Assembly (NCBI RefSeq): GCF_963921235.1
Contig: NC_086098.1
Coordinates: forward strand, 6,138,001-6,202,000
Origin: Mobula hypostoma
Lineage: Eukaryota
DNA: 64,000 nt
Direction: 5' to 3'
Within the stretch, counting starts at the first letter, position 1; every line of letters begins with the position of its first letter. Both the position numbers and the translations under genes were made by a program. The notes beneath the pieces were generated by a model. It was not told the DNA's origin and searched no databases. It was given only the letters and a program-made list of their open reading frames with translations. Below are positions 11,250 to 24,870 of this stretch, piece after piece.

Positions 11250-14200
11250 GTATTCCTTCCATCCATGTACCTATCCAAATATCTCTTAAATGTTGAACTC
11301 AAACCTGAATCCACCACTTGTGTTGGCAGCTTGTTCCACACTCTCGCCGTCCTCTGGGCGAAGAAGGCCCCCTCAGGTTGCACTTAAACCTTTCACCTTT
11401 CACCCTTAATCCATGACCTCTGGTTGTAGTCCCACCCAACCCCAGTGGAAAATCCTGCTTGCATATACCCTATCTATACCCATTATAATTTGGTATATCT
11501 CTATCAAATCTCCCCTGAATCTTCTATGTTTGAGTGAATAAATTCTAAATCTATTCAACTTGAGGACCTGTATCTCAGGTCTTCAATTCCGGGCAACATC
11601 TTTGTAAATTTTCACTGCACTCTTTCAATGACCTTTGCATCTTTCCCGTTGTCTCACCCACATCTTATATAATTTCAACTTAACATCCCAACTCCTGTAC
11701 TCAATACATTGATTTATGAAGGCCAATGTGCCAGAAGCTTTCTTTATAACCCTATATACCCATGATGCCACTTTCAATGAGTTATGGATCTGTATTCACA
11801 GGTCCATTTGTTCTACTGCACTTCTCAGTGCCCTACTGTTCACTGTGTAAGACCTATCCTTGTTGTAGTGCAAACCTCGCACTTGTCTGTACTAAATTCC
11901 ATCTGCCATTTTTCAACCCGTTTTTCTAGCTGGCCCAGATCCTGCTGTAAGTTCCAATAGTCCCAGCACCGATCCCTGTGACACACCACTAGTCACAGGC
12001 TTCCAGTCAGAGAGGTGACTATCTACAACTATTCTCTGGCTTTTTCTGCAAAACCAATATCTAATAGAATGTACTGCCTCATGTTGAATGCCAAGTGACT
12101 GAACCTTCCGGACCAACCTCTCGAAGGACCTCATCAAAGGCATTGCTAAGGTCCTTGTGAACAACATTCACTGTTCTGCCTTCATCAACTTCCCTGGTAA
12201 CTTCCTCGAAAATCTCTACAATATTGGATAGACACAACTTACCACACAGAGACATGTTGACTGTCCCTAATCAATCCCTGTCTATCCAAATACTTATATA
12301 TCTAGTCCCTTAGAATCCCTTCCAATAACTTCTCTGCTCACCGATCTATAATTTCCTGGCTTATTCTAAGAGCCTTTCTTAAACAACACAACAACATTAG
12401 CTATCCTCCAGTCCTCCAGCACTTCACCTGTCACTAAGGATGATTTAAATATCTCTAATAAGGGCCCTGAAATTTCTGCACTTGCCTCCCACAGGATCTG
12501 AGGGAACACCTTGTCAGGCCCTGGGGATTTATCCACCCTAATTTGTTTCAGGACAGCAAACACTTCTTCCTCCGTAATCTGGACAGGGTCCATGACCTTG
12601 TTGCTGCCTTGCCTCACTTCTATAGTTTCTGTCTCCATCTCCCGAGTAAATTCAGATGCAAAATGTCTATTTAAGATCTCCCCATCTCTTTCAGCTCCAC
12701 ATATAGATCAGAATCAGAATCGGGTTTATTATCACCAGCATGTGACATGAAATTTGTTAACTTAGCAGCAGCAGTTCAATGCAATAAAATCTAGCAGAGA
12801 GAAAAAATAATAATAATAAATAAAATAAAACATCATAATAATAATTAAACAAGTAAATCAATTACATATGTTGAATAGATTTTTAAAAAACGTGCAAAAA
12901 CAGAAATAGTATGTATTAAAAAAAGTGAGGTAGTGTCCAAAGCTTCAACTACCACTCTGATCTTCCAGAAGACCAAGTTGCCCCTTGCTGTTCTTTTGCT
13001 CTCATTGTATTGGTAGAAGCCCTTAAGATTCTCCTTCAATTTGTCTGCTAGAGCAACCATATGCCTTTTTTTTTAGCCCTCCTGATTTCCTTCTTAAATG
13101 TTCTGTAGCATTTCTCATATTCATCAAGGACTTCATTTGTCCCTACCTGCCTATACCTGTCATGCACCTCCTCTTTATTCTTAACCAGAGCCTCAATATC
13201 TCTCAGAAACCAAGGTTCCCTAAATCTGTTATCCTTGCCTTTTATTCTGACAGGAATATACAGACTCTATAAACTCAAAATTTCACTTTTGAAGGCCTCC
13301 CATTTACCAAGTACAACTTTGCCAGAAAACAACCTGTCCCAATCCACATTTGCCAGAGCCTTCCTGATACCATCAAAATTGGCCCTTCTCCAAGTTAGCA
13401 TCTCAACCCACAGACCAGACTTATCTTTTTCCATAATCATCTTGAATCTTATGACATTGTGATCACTAGATCAAAGTGTTCCCCAACTCAAAATTCTGTC
13501 ACCTGCCCTATCTCATTCCCTGATAGGACATCTAGTATCATACTCTCTTTTTGGGAATTCTATGTACTGATTAAGGAAACTTTCCTGAACACATTTCACA
13601 AACTCCCACCCAGCCCTTTTACAGTATGGGAAATCTGTGGAAGGTTAATATTACCTACTATAATGACCTTATGTTCTTTGCAACAGTCTGCTGTCTCTCT
13701 ACAAACTTGCTCCTCCATCATATAAGCCAATTAACGTGGTCATACCTTTCATATTCCTCATTTCTTCCTGTAAAACCTCAGAAGACAAACTCCCCAGACT
13801 ACCCTGACTGAGAGTGAGGAACAAGCTGACTGATTTAAGCTGCAGGCCAGTTGGAAAGTTCTGGTACTGACTGATTTGATGCGACAGGGCCCAGGCCTGA
13901 GATTCACATCGAAATGGCAGCACCTGGGTCTGAGAGTGAGCGACAACCCGACGTCTCACCGATTTAAGTGCTGGACCAGATTGAAAGGGCCAGGGTGTTG
14001 GGGCCAGAGATGAAGGACGAGCCAGTGTTCAGCTCGCTGCTCAATGAAGTTTACTCATCTCTGTGCTGAACTGAGGCTGTGGCCTGCAGTTGACGGGTTC
14101 CTGGACAGCCTGCAGTGTTGACTACTTTCATGTCTGTGAACTTGCCTTCATTGACTTTAGTTCTGAATGTTAATTGTTTACTCCTTACTGATTGCATGAT

Positions 14201-14762
14201 TTGTTTATTTTTCTGCATATTGGGTGTCTGACAGTCTTCATCTACAATGGGTACTATTGGGTTTCTTTGTTTTGAGGCTGCCTGTAAGGAGACGAGCCTT
14301 AAGGTTGTATATAATATAGATACTTTGATTATAAATATACTTCGAACTTTGAACGTTTCTCCTGACTAGTAATGCCAACATTTCCCCTTTAATCCCTCCC
14401 GCCCTATCAGGTCTAAAACAACAGAACCCAGGAACACTGAGCTGCAGTCCTGCCCTTCCTGCAACCAAGTCTCACTAATGGCTACAATGTCACAATTCCA
14501 CGTGCTGATCGATGCTCTAAACTCATCTGCCTTTCCTTCAATACTCTTCTCATTTAAATATATTTAGCTCAGAACATTAGTCTTTACATGTCCGAGATTT
14601 TGATTCCTGAATTTGTATGTAGGTTTAACAAAATCTTTCTCCACAACCATTCCCATAATCTGTTCTGGTGCTCCCATTCCCATCCCACTGCAACCTCCCC
14701 TAACCTCCTCCACCTCCCGCAACCCCCCGCCCCCCCGTGCAGCAATAGCAAACCTCCTGCTA
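11250..14762 (-). mobile_element. Old degenerate CR1 ORF2 with insertions at about 12707-12947 and 13770-14352
   Basis: VTSGVSQGSVLG, DKSPGPD..EDWRIANVV and VPGFCCFRPDR motifs; inserted pieces carry (atcaga)n or gaactttgaac tails. Confidence 0.85.
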
Positions 14763-14959
14763 GGTTATGCTGGTGGTTGTTAATGCAGTTTATTCATTTC
14801 ACTGTATGTTTTGATATACAGGTGATAAGTAAATCTAAATCTGAACCTGAATTAAGTTTCATGACTGCAGGCTAACTTCACAGACATTAGCAGGAGTGAT
14901 TGCTCCTGGTGTTCACATTGTGAAACCCTAAGGAGACCTACAGTATGTTATCCAAAATC

Positions 14960-15428
14960 ACTGGTTAAACCTGAGCTCAAATCTGCTCTCCTCATGGCTC
15001 CAACCTGATGGTATGAACATCCATTTTTCCTCCGGGTAATTTTTTCACCTCCCCCTTCCCTCATCATCAATTCCCCACTCTGTGGCCTCTCACCATTTTT
15101 CCCCACCTGCTTATCACATCCCTTGGTTACCCACCTTCTTCCCTTTCTCCTAAATTTAACTCTCCTCTCCTATCAGATTCTTTCACCTCCAGCCCTTTGC
15201 TTTCCTTAACTATCTACCCCCTCCCCCACCCACCTGGCTTCACCTTCGAGCTTTTCCTCCTCCCTCTGCCTCCACCTTCTTATTCTGGTGTTCTTTCCCT
15301 CCCTTTCCATGTCCTGATGCCCAGGGCATCGACTATATATTTATTTCCACAGATGCTGCCTGACCTGTTGAGTTCCTCCAGCATTTTGTGTGTATTGCTC
15401 TGCAGTCCTGGAATCTGCAGAATCTCTT
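14960..15428 (+). mobile_element. Penelope-like 3' fragment
   Basis: LQPDGMNI-coding end of the GIY-YIG region, pyrimidine tract and terminal repeat ending ctgcagaatctc. Confidence 0.75.
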
Positions 15429-17034
15429 CCGTTCTGCTCTCCATAAGCCTTTGCTTGTTCTTATTTCTGGCCGGTATCAGGTTTACAAAAGGGGGCATGT
15501 AGATTTCAACGGTATAAATGTTAACTTAACATCTGACTATGTATACAATATACAACCTGAAACTCATACTCTTCATAGACATCCACAAAACAAGAAACCT
15601 CATAGGATGAATGATAGAAACGTTAAAGCCCCGAAGCCCCCCAGTCCCATTTTCACAGGTAGCAGCCAAAGTATCGAACCCCCACTCTCCCTCCCTGACT
15701 GCACCAGGAGAAGTAGCAACTCCCACCCCACCCCACTATGCAAGCGGCAGTAGAAACCCCAAAGAGTTCATGATCTGTAGTCCATCAAACTTTTCACTTT
15801 GAGCTAATGATGTTGTGAATATCATTGCTTTTAAGTTTTGTCAGCCCTGAAGGAGGCCTCAGTATTACAAGGCTGGTTAAGTGCTATTATGTAAGTGGAG
15901 CAGGCAAACAGGTTTTTCTTTTCTTTCACTAAGTTCCGATTGAATACAGAAACACTTCCTGCATTCCTGTCCAGACTTGGACGTCATGCTGAAATATTGC
16001 CACACTTTGCAATGATTTAAGACTCCCTAGTGTCAGTGACACACAGCTGTTTCAGTCAGATGCCCGTGTTTATGGATAATTCCAGACAAAATTGCCAGCA
16101 AAGTACTCATTGGTGAGAGATATATTACCTGCTGCGCTGTTCACAGCTACAACATCCAGCAGACCTTGTGAAAGCCAGTTAAGAATGAAAGTTCTAGATG
16201 ATGTTGTATGCCTTCTCAGATGAGTAGTACTGAAATCTATTGTGACATTTAATACTGACCTCATATAAAAGGTATCACTCGGTAATTTTGTTGACTTTGA
16301 GTAATTAAAGTTACTTTTAGATTTAGTTTCTTCTACATTCAGTTCTTGGAGCACTGGTTATTGTATTTGAATTAACTTCCAATCTGTATAATTTTAATGC
16401 AATCTTTAACTCTTTGTAATGATAAATGAGTCAAAAACTATATTAATAAAGAACACAAAGTTAATACAAACATGCTGAAGCCTCAAAAATATCTGGGAAA
16501 GGAAGCTAAGTTCCATAGATGGCTTTTATAGTTAAACTCTGGATTTCAATATTCTGAACTTACTTAATTAATTAATGCCAATCAATAAGAAGCTATGGAT
16601 GTATTTAATAATCAACAGTAGTGTACTAAAACAAAGTATTTTTTCAAAAGTAGGGCAACATTTGGAGAATGGGAGCAGCTATCCTCAATAAATACCCAAA
16701 GCAGCAAAAATAAGGGATCAGGACAAAAAAACTGAAACAATTATGGGTTAAAACAAAATTATTATTAAAATGCCAAATCATCAGAGATGCTTTTTCTGGG
16801 TCACCAACATTAATTATTTGGTACATTCAATATTATTTTGCTACTACTCGAGGCTATGAGTTACACATCATTGTGTTTTAGGAGATTGTTGCCAAATAAC
16901 AGATAATTAACAGGGGAAAACGAGAAGACAAGCAATACTGGAGAGTAGTAAGAAACACACAACATACTCATGACATTAAAAACAGAGCAATTAGGAATAC
17001 AGTAAGAAACAACTGAAAAGCAACTAATCTGCAG

Positions 17035-17400
17035 TAATCACAAACTTGAGAAAGTCTGCAGATGCTGGAAATCCTGAACAACACACACAAAATGCTGGAG
17101 GAACTAGGCACGTTGGGCAGCTCCTACGGAAATAAATAAACAGTTGACGTTTCGGGCCAAGACCTTTCTTTAGGACTGAGAAGGAAGGGGGAAGATGCCA
17201 GAATAAAAAGTCGGGTGGAGGGGAAGGAGACTAGCTGGAAGGTGATAGGTGAACTCAGATGGGCGGGAAAGCTCAAGGGCAGGAGAAGAAAGAATCTGAT
17301 AATTGAGGAGAGTGGACTATAAGAGAAAGAGAAGAAGGACAGGACACAGGGAGAGGTGATAGGTAGGTGAGAAAAAGTGAAAGGTTAGAGTGGAGAATAG
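17035..17400 (-). mobile_element. Penelope-like terminal repeat fragment
   Basis: Starts taatcacaaac; degenerate hammerhead at about 17141-17177. Confidence 0.75.
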
Positions 17401-17824
17401 TAATGAACTGATTGTACAATCAATGGACTCACTGTCAAGGACTCTATAACTCATGTTCTCATAATTTATTACTTACTTATTCATTATAATTGTTTGTTTT
17501 CTTTTTTTGTAGTTTTTCTTTGTTCTATGTAGAGCTGGGAGCTTCTCGTCCAAAGGATACACATTGAAGAATGGGTGGGAGGGAACCTCTTTGAAATCTA
17601 GTTGAAAGGCTTCAATAGAGTGGATGTGGAGAGGATGTTGTGGGTAGTTTAAGACCAAAGGATACAGCCTCAGAATAAAGGGACGTTCATTTAGAATGGA
17701 GATGAGGAGGAATTTCTTTTGCCAGAGGGTGGTGAATCTGTGTAATTCATTGCCCTAGGCGGCTGTGGAGGCCAAGACAGAGGTTGATAGGTTGTTGATT
17801 TGTCAGGGCGTGCAGGCATATGGG

Positions 17825-18179
17825 TATTATGTATTTAATATTACATCAAAACTTGAGTAGTCTTCTATATAGATAGATAGATAGACAGACATACTTTATT
17901 GATCCCGAGGGAAATTGTATTTCGTTACAGTTGCACCAACCAAGAATAAATATAGTAATATAAAACCATGAATAATTAAATAATAATATGTAAATTATGC
18001 CAGATGGAAATATATATTGGTTGATTGGTCTTGTTCATCTAACCGGTTATATGTAAAGTACACTAATTGCATATGTTATCATACTTTGCCGAAAACAAAG
18101 ACAAAGTTATATTTGTATTCCCAGACTCCTATATCTTCCTTTGAATTAATTTAATGTTCTGAAATTACAAAACATAACA
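17825..18179. mobile_element. Probable solo LTR, itself interrupted by a Rex1-type tail (about 17868-18010)
   Basis: Termini t(a)ttatgt...acataaca form a TG..CA-type inverted repeat; 5-bp flanks atggg/acagg; splits a CR1 3' fragment. Confidence 0.55.
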
Positions 18180-18605
18180 ACAGGGAGAGGGCAGGAGATT
18201 GTGGCTGAGAGGAAAATGGATCAGCCATGATGAAATAGCAGAGCAGACTCGATGGGCCGAAAGGCCTAATTCTGGTCCTACATCTAAAAATATAATGTCA
18301 GGGTAATGTATGGTGACATATACAAATGTACCTGATAATAAATTTACTTTGAACATTGAACTGCTAAACTTCAATTATTTTATCATTGCAATAACTATAT
18401 AAATAGTGTTATGTCTGTAAGGAGTAAACTGATATAACAACATTGAGAAAATGTGGGGAGCTTGCGAAGAAAAAGCATTTCCGGATGTATATTGTATACA
18501 TTTCTCTGACATTAAATGGACCTTTGAACCCTTGAGTCAATGCCGTACTGAAGCTACTGCTCACAAAGGAGAAGAGTAAACTCTTGGGAGTGGGTTTTGC
18601 TTTTA

Positions 18606-19793
18606 TAGAAACATAGAAACATAGAAAACCTACAGCACAACACAGGCCCTTCAGCCCACAAACCTGTGCCGAACATGTCCTTGCCTGAGAAATTACCTAG
18701 GATTACCTATAGTCCTCTATTTTTCTGAGCTCCAGACACCTGTCCAGGAGTCTCTTAAAAAAACCCTATCATATCCGCCTCCACCATCATCACTGGCAGC
18801 CCATTCCACGCACTCACCACTCTCTGCATATAAAACTTACCGCTGACATCTCCTCTGTACCTACTTCAAAGCACCTTAAAACTGTGCCCTCTCATGCTAG
18901 CCATTTCAGCCTTGGGAAAAAGCCTCCGACTATCCACACGGATCAATGCCTCTCATCATCTTATACAACTCTGTCAGGTCACCTCTCACCTTCCATTGCT
19001 CCAAGGGAAAAAGGCCGAGTTCACTCAACCTATTCTAATAAGGTATGCTCCCCAATCCAGGGGGGAGGAGAGAGAGCAGCGTGCCGCGCGCGCAGCCCTC
19101 CGGTAAGAAATGATATCATATCCGTTAAATAGGGGCCGTGGACAATTCTGATTTGATGGAGATGGACGTGAAAGCACAGAGGAACATCTGGAAAAATTTC
19201 TGAAACGCTCGTTCACTGCTGTCGTTACTGCGCGGTTGGGAATCTTTTGGAGGGAAGGCCTCAAAATCCCCAGCTTTGCCTGCTGGTGGCGACCGAGATG
19301 GAGGTCAAGTCGCTTGGATAGAGATGGCGCTCAGTACTCAGTGTCGGGGAGCTGATCAGAGCTCGAAGTTTTCGGATGACTCAGAGTCGGACCGTGGTCG
19401 GGTATGGCAGGAAGAGTTTTTCTTCCTTCTCCCGTCTGCGTGAGATGTGGGACATTTGAGAGACTTTGAACTTTTACTGTGCTCATGGACTTCTTCATCA
19501 AGTTATGGTATTGTTGCACTGTTGTAACTGTATGTTATAATTATGTAGTTTTGTTAGTTTTTTTCAGTCTTGGTCTGTCCTGTGTTTTGTGATATCACAC
19601 TGGAGGAAATATTGTATCATTTCTTAACGCATGCATTACTAAATGACAATAAAAGAGGACTGTGTGTCCTCATAATCATAATCATTATTAATCATAATCA
19701 TAAATCTCCTCTGAACCTTTTCTATAGTTTCCACATCCTTTCTGTAGTGAGGCGACCACAACTGAGCACAGTTTTCCAAGTAGGGTCTGACCA
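18606..19793 (-). mobile_element. CR1 3' fragment interrupted at 19061-19700
   Basis: (atagaaac)n tail; similar to 7155-7700 and 63639-63845. Confidence 0.85.
19061..19700 (+). mobile_element. Unclassified young CpG-rich non-coding retroposon with (ataatc)n tail
   Basis: Interrupts a CR1; a 5'-truncated second copy with the same 3' end lies at 41385-41692. Confidence 0.7.
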
Positions 19794-19837
19794 CTTATAA
19801 AGTCCTTTTGTATCTTTTTTGAATGAGTATGACTTTT

Positions 19838-20178
19838 TTGAGGAGGATGCAAAGAATATCATGGACAAAATGAATATCTAATGAGAATGTCATGAACAGA
19901 GCAAGCGCGAAAAGAGAAATAATGTATGAGATCATGAAAAAGTAACGTAACTTCATTGGACATGTGATTAGGAGAGAGGAGTTCAAATGCACGGTAATCA
20001 TGGGAAAGATCGAAGGGAAGAAAGCAAGAGGAAGACAAAGACAAATGATAATGGAGACAGCAGCCAGAGAACTGGAAATGAATACCAATGAGTTGATCCA
20101 CTTGACCTGAAACAGGAGTGTGTTGGCCATGGCAGTCAAAGCTCAAACTGGGCACGGCACCTGATGATGATGATGATG
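19838..20178 (+). mobile_element. RTE-clade LINE 3' fragment
   Basis: Translates to RRMQRISW..FIGHVIRRE..MGKIEGKKARGRQR; (gat)n tail; TSD atgactttt at 19829-19837 and 20179-20187. Confidence 0.85.
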
Positions 20179-20238
20179 ATGACTTTTAATCTTATAAAGT
20201 CCTTTTGTATCTTTATTGAAAGAGAATGACTTTTAATC

Positions 20239-20652
20239 ATCCAAGAGGACCACAACCTTGTGGTTTGGAAGCTTGTGTGCATCAACAACCCAGAGAGCTA
20301 TGTTGGCTGGAACCAGGGCTTTATGCTTTGGCTCTTGGTAGGATCACCCATGCCAAACAGGTCAAAGGGTAGAGGACAGACCAAGAGTGATCCACCAATT
20401 CTCCAGGTTTTGGGGTTCAGCTCAGGGCTAACAACACTGACTGATAAAACAAAAATTGTTACAGAAACAGCAATGAAGAATTCTTCTCCATCTGAGTGCG
20501 TCGGTATTCCTGAGTTTCCACCTGGGACTTGCATGAGTGACAGTAGTGAAAACTGAGAGGAAGCTACTGACACGATGAAGGAAGCCCTGAACACCTCCAG
20601 AGATGGAGGACTTTCATTGCTGCCTTAAACGCCAGCGGTGTAATGGGCATTA
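20239..20652 (+). mobile_element. RTE/Expander-derived bipartite non-autonomous element
   Basis: Second copy at 47022-47442 on the minus strand; ggtagg(a/g)tcacccatg and gggctaacaac RTE 5'-region motifs. Confidence 0.65.
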
Positions 20653-22269
20653 GAGATGATTTTTAATGAAAGTGTTACCAGTTTTTATTAACTAAAGGAC
20701 AATATTCCTTTGGGTGGAGATATGTGACACTGAGCAAATTAATAATTAGAAACTGTTACAGATCACCAGGGCAAAGAAAGAAAATTAATCTGGAATTATT
20801 TGGATCAAGTGAAGGCATGGAAAGTGGAGAAAGCAAATTTTACAAGTATTGAATTTTGAGGTTTGAGATTCAAATGGACAAAATAAAAGGTGACGGGACA
20901 AAAAATTCCAAATTGAAACAGAAAACCTTTTGTACAGAAGGTTGAGTTTCTATTTGATGGACGGTGTTTCTTTTCTGTGGGTTTTACAAACTGTAAACTA
21001 GTTCATAACTGATTTTTAATTTGCATTTGGAGTGCACAATCTGTTTTCCTTGACACATAAGATTATGCGGATGCTGTTTTCCTTATCTTACAATCAAGTA
21101 GCTAACATGTTAAAAGAGGGCACAACCTCAAAACAGAGAGAGGTCCATTTAAAATTAAGATGAGGAGGAATTTTTTTCACTAGAGCATGGTGAAACTATG
21201 GAACTCATTGCCACAAATGGCTGTGGAGGCCAGGTCACTGGGTGCATTCAAGGCTGAGGTTGATGGGTTCTTCATTAGTCAGGGCGTGAAATGTTACGGG
21301 GAGAAGGCAGGAGAATGGGGTTGAGTGGGAAATGGAGCAGCCCTGATGAAATGACAAAGAAAAGTCGATGGGATGATTGGCCTGGGTCTACTCCTATATC
21401 TTATGGTATTAAGGTTTTAACTCACTTTCCTCAACTCAAGGAACTTCCTGACCAAGAGGAAGCAGCCAGAATAGCTAAAAGAAAGACCCATGCTTCATTT
21501 TCACATGTGCAATGGCGTGCAGATATTTGACATAATTGTAATGAGCTGCTGGTACTTGATGATCATTAGCAAGAATCTTATGGATAAAGATAATAGCATT
21601 TTTTATGGTGGATACAGCCCTGTGCATCACAGGGAATGCCCACACCACCAGTTTCAGGGACAGTCATTACTCCTTAACCATCAGGCTCCTGAACCAGCGT
21701 GGATAACTTCGCTCACCTTAATACTGAACTGATTCCACAACCTATGGACTCACTGTAAAGGACTCCACAAACCATGCTCTCAATATTGTTTTTTGCATAT
21801 TGGTTATTTGCCAAACATTGCTTATGCTTATTTCTTTTGTAAGTTCCATTGTATTTCTTTATTTTTCCTGTAAATGCTTACAAGAATGAATCTCAAGGTA
21901 GTACAGGTATTTAATAATGAATTTATTTTGAACTTTGTAATTTGAGCTTTCTGTGAATGCATTGGTGACGAATGACCTGTGGAATGGGGTGGAGTGGCAA
22001 ACACAGGCAATGTGAAAGGTGGATAGAGCATCAAATGAAAACCTTCATTACTGTAGTGGAGCCAGAAAGATCCTTTCTGTTCCGTATTCTTGGATAGGTT
22101 ACTCAGTAAGAGGCTTCTTCTCCCAGCAACAGAGGTGTACAAGCCAGAGGTGATTGGTGTAGGTTAAGAGGAAGAGGTTTAAATAGGACATAAGGATGCA
22201 TTTTATAAAGTGCTAAAGAAGACTCAGTACTGGAAAACAGGTTTCATTTACATGGGTACTTCATGGTCT

Positions 22270-22635
22270 GGGTGGCAGGGTGGAGATGCATCTCTACTAA
22301 AGGAGGTGTGAGGCACTCCCTCCCTTGGGCAAGATGTAGCACCTGCTTAGCCCCCCCACCCCACCCCACCGATCAGGGTCACGTGAAGCCATGGCAGCAG
22401 GTGATGGATGGTTGTATGAGCAGCTGATGCATATCACAGATCCTGGTTTTGTGACCACTGATGCCAGGCAGACAATCTCTGAAGAGTATTCATAATGGCT
22501 GGGGTCACCTGTATTGTAAAGATGCTGCCCAGAAGAAGTGAACCAGTAAACCACTTCTGTAGAACCATTTTCCAAGAACAATCATGGTCGAAGACCATGA
22601 TCACCCTCGTTATACGACACAGCACATAATATGAT
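22270..22635 (+). mobile_element. RTE-related SINE copy
   Basis: Collinear with 6602-6961. Confidence 0.7.
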
Positions 22636-23056
22636 GGGAATGACTTCATGGTATTTACATGATGTGTTCTGCTGTAGGATTCTATGATGGTTAACCTTTG
22701 ATTATTTTTTCTGTTCACCCTGTAATCAAGTAGTCACTTGTGGCTGGACACAGGTGAAAGTGCAGCTGCAGTGGGATTTGGGAACATGCTCTGATGTGAA
22801 GCCAGAGCCTAGGACGAGGTACAGGGTCGATTATGTGGCCCAGCTTGGCAGCTGGTGACCAGTGCAAGGCCCTGGAAGTGTGATCACAAAGGGAGTTAGG
22901 AATCACAATGTGCAATAGCATAACAGTGACATAACTAATGGTGGCACAGTAGCATGGAGGTTAGTGTAATGTTTTACAGTGTCAGCTGTAATATCAGGGT
23001 TCAATTCCTACCATTCGGTCTTTTGAACAAATATTAGAAGTCTTGGAACATGGACT

Positions 23057-24114
23057 CATAGAAACATAGAAACATAGAAAATAGGTGCAGGAGTAGGCCG
23101 TTCGGCCCTTCGAGCCTGCACCGCCATTTATTATGATCATGGCTGATCATCCAACTCAGAACCCTGCCCCAGCCTTCCCTCCATACCCCCTGATCCCTGT
23201 AGCCACAAGGGCCATATCTAACTCCCTCTTAAATATAGCCAATGAACTGGCCTCATCTGTTTCCTGTGGCACAGAATTCCACAGATTCACCACTCTCTGT
23301 GTGAAGAAGTTTTTCCTAATCTCAGTCCTAAAAGGCTTCCCCTTTATCCTCAAACTGTGACCCCTCGTTCTGGACTTCCCCAACATCGGGAACAATCTTC
23401 CTGCATCTAGCCTGTCCAATCCCTTTTGGATTTTATACGTTTCAATCAGATCCCCCCTCAATCTTCTAAATTCCAACGAGTACAAGCCCAGTTCATCCAG
23501 TCTTTCTTCATATGAAAGTCCTGCCATCCCAGGAATCAATCTGGTGAACCTTCTTTGTACTCTCTCTATGGCAAGGATGTCTTTCCTCAGATTAGGGGAC
23601 CAAAACTGCACACAATTCTCCAGGTGTGGTCTCACCAAGGCCTTGTACAACTGCAGTAGTACCTCTCTGCTCCTGTACTTGAATCCTCTCGCTATAAATG
23701 CCAGCATACCATTCGCCTTTTTCACCGCCTGCTGTACCTGCATGCCCACTTTCAATGACTGGTGTATAATGACACCCAGGTCTCGTTGCACCTCCCCTTT
23801 TCCTAATCGGCCACCATTCAGATAATAACCTGTTTTCCTATTTTTGCCACCAAAGTGGATAACTTCACATTTATCCACATTAAATTGCATCTGCCATGAA
23901 TTTGCCCACTCACCCAACCTATCCAAGTCACCCTGCATCCTCTTAGCATCCTCCTCACAGCTAACACTGCCGCCCAGCTTCGTGTCATCCGCAAACTTGG
24001 AGATGCTGCATTTAATTCCCTCATCCAAGTCATTAATATATATTGTAAACAACTGGGGTCCCAGCACTGAGCCTTGCGGTACCCCACTAGTCACCGCCTG
24101 CCATTCTGAAAAGG
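23057..24114 (-). mobile_element. Young 5'-truncated CR1 with uninterrupted RT C-terminal frame
   Basis: ORF 23156-24145 (329 aa) has SGVPQGSVLGP, KFADDTKLGG and RKNFFTQRVVNLWN; (catagaaa)n tail. Confidence 0.95.
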
Positions 24115-24304
24115 TCTCGTTTATTTTTGTGCCCTTCACTATCACCCATTTATCATTTGTTCTTTGCCTCGTTTGACCCTTTCATACACTGTTTATCTTT
24201 TGACTTGTGTCATAAGCACACCTTATTATTTGTGGTAATATTACTGTGTTTGTTGGGTGTGTGTGAGATATATGTACTGAGTTGTGCAACTTGGTCCTTA
24301 AACT

Positions 24305-24870
24305 TGTTAGAGCCAGGGGAGGCAGTGGGGGTAAGCTCCCACTCCCTAGTAAATGCTCCAATGGTGTGCGTCTCAAATAGCTCCTGACAACCAAGTCCAG
24401 CTCCAGGCCTTCACGTGTGCCTTAGCTACTCAGCCCAGCGGAATCTACTGACACGACAAGGGGCAAGGGCAGGTTACTGGTGTCTTAGAACCAGTCACTT
24501 TGGACATCAGGTTCTTCAGCTGTGGTTGGCAGCTCACCTAGGAAAAGGAAACTCTGATCTCAGATCTCCGCGCCTTGTGGCTCATAGGAAAGACTTCAGG
24601 AATAAACCCCCAAGGAAAAATCTAGAGTTGGAGTCCCTAAGACAGTCCTATGTTGAGTACAACGATGACTGGCAACTTCTGTGACACTGCTGGTGCCAGA
24701 CTGTATTGGTCTCTGTTGTTCCTTTGTGTTCATCAGCTGCGTGGAGAGAAGAAGCTTCCTGCATGGGCAACGGCTTACTCTCCAAATCACACTGCACTGG
24801 CTTGTGTGTCACCTCGACAGCTATGACACAATATCTACGGTCGCCCCCGACAAACAGAGAGCCTCACTCA
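24305..24870 (+). mobile_element. Non-autonomous retroposon (possibly Vingi/RTE-derived)
   Basis: Second copy at 58020-58607 on the minus strand; 3' half shares ggtgcca.actgta...tggagagg...gcatgggcaac with the SINE at 28568-28879. Confidence 0.55.

Noticed and set aside
11200..11260. Polypyrimidine tract plus CAG acceptor on the plus strand
   Set aside because: It runs directly into CR1 sequence with no donor or coding support.
16070..16354. 94-aa ORF in unique sequence
   Set aside because: It has no recognisable domain and a length expected by chance.
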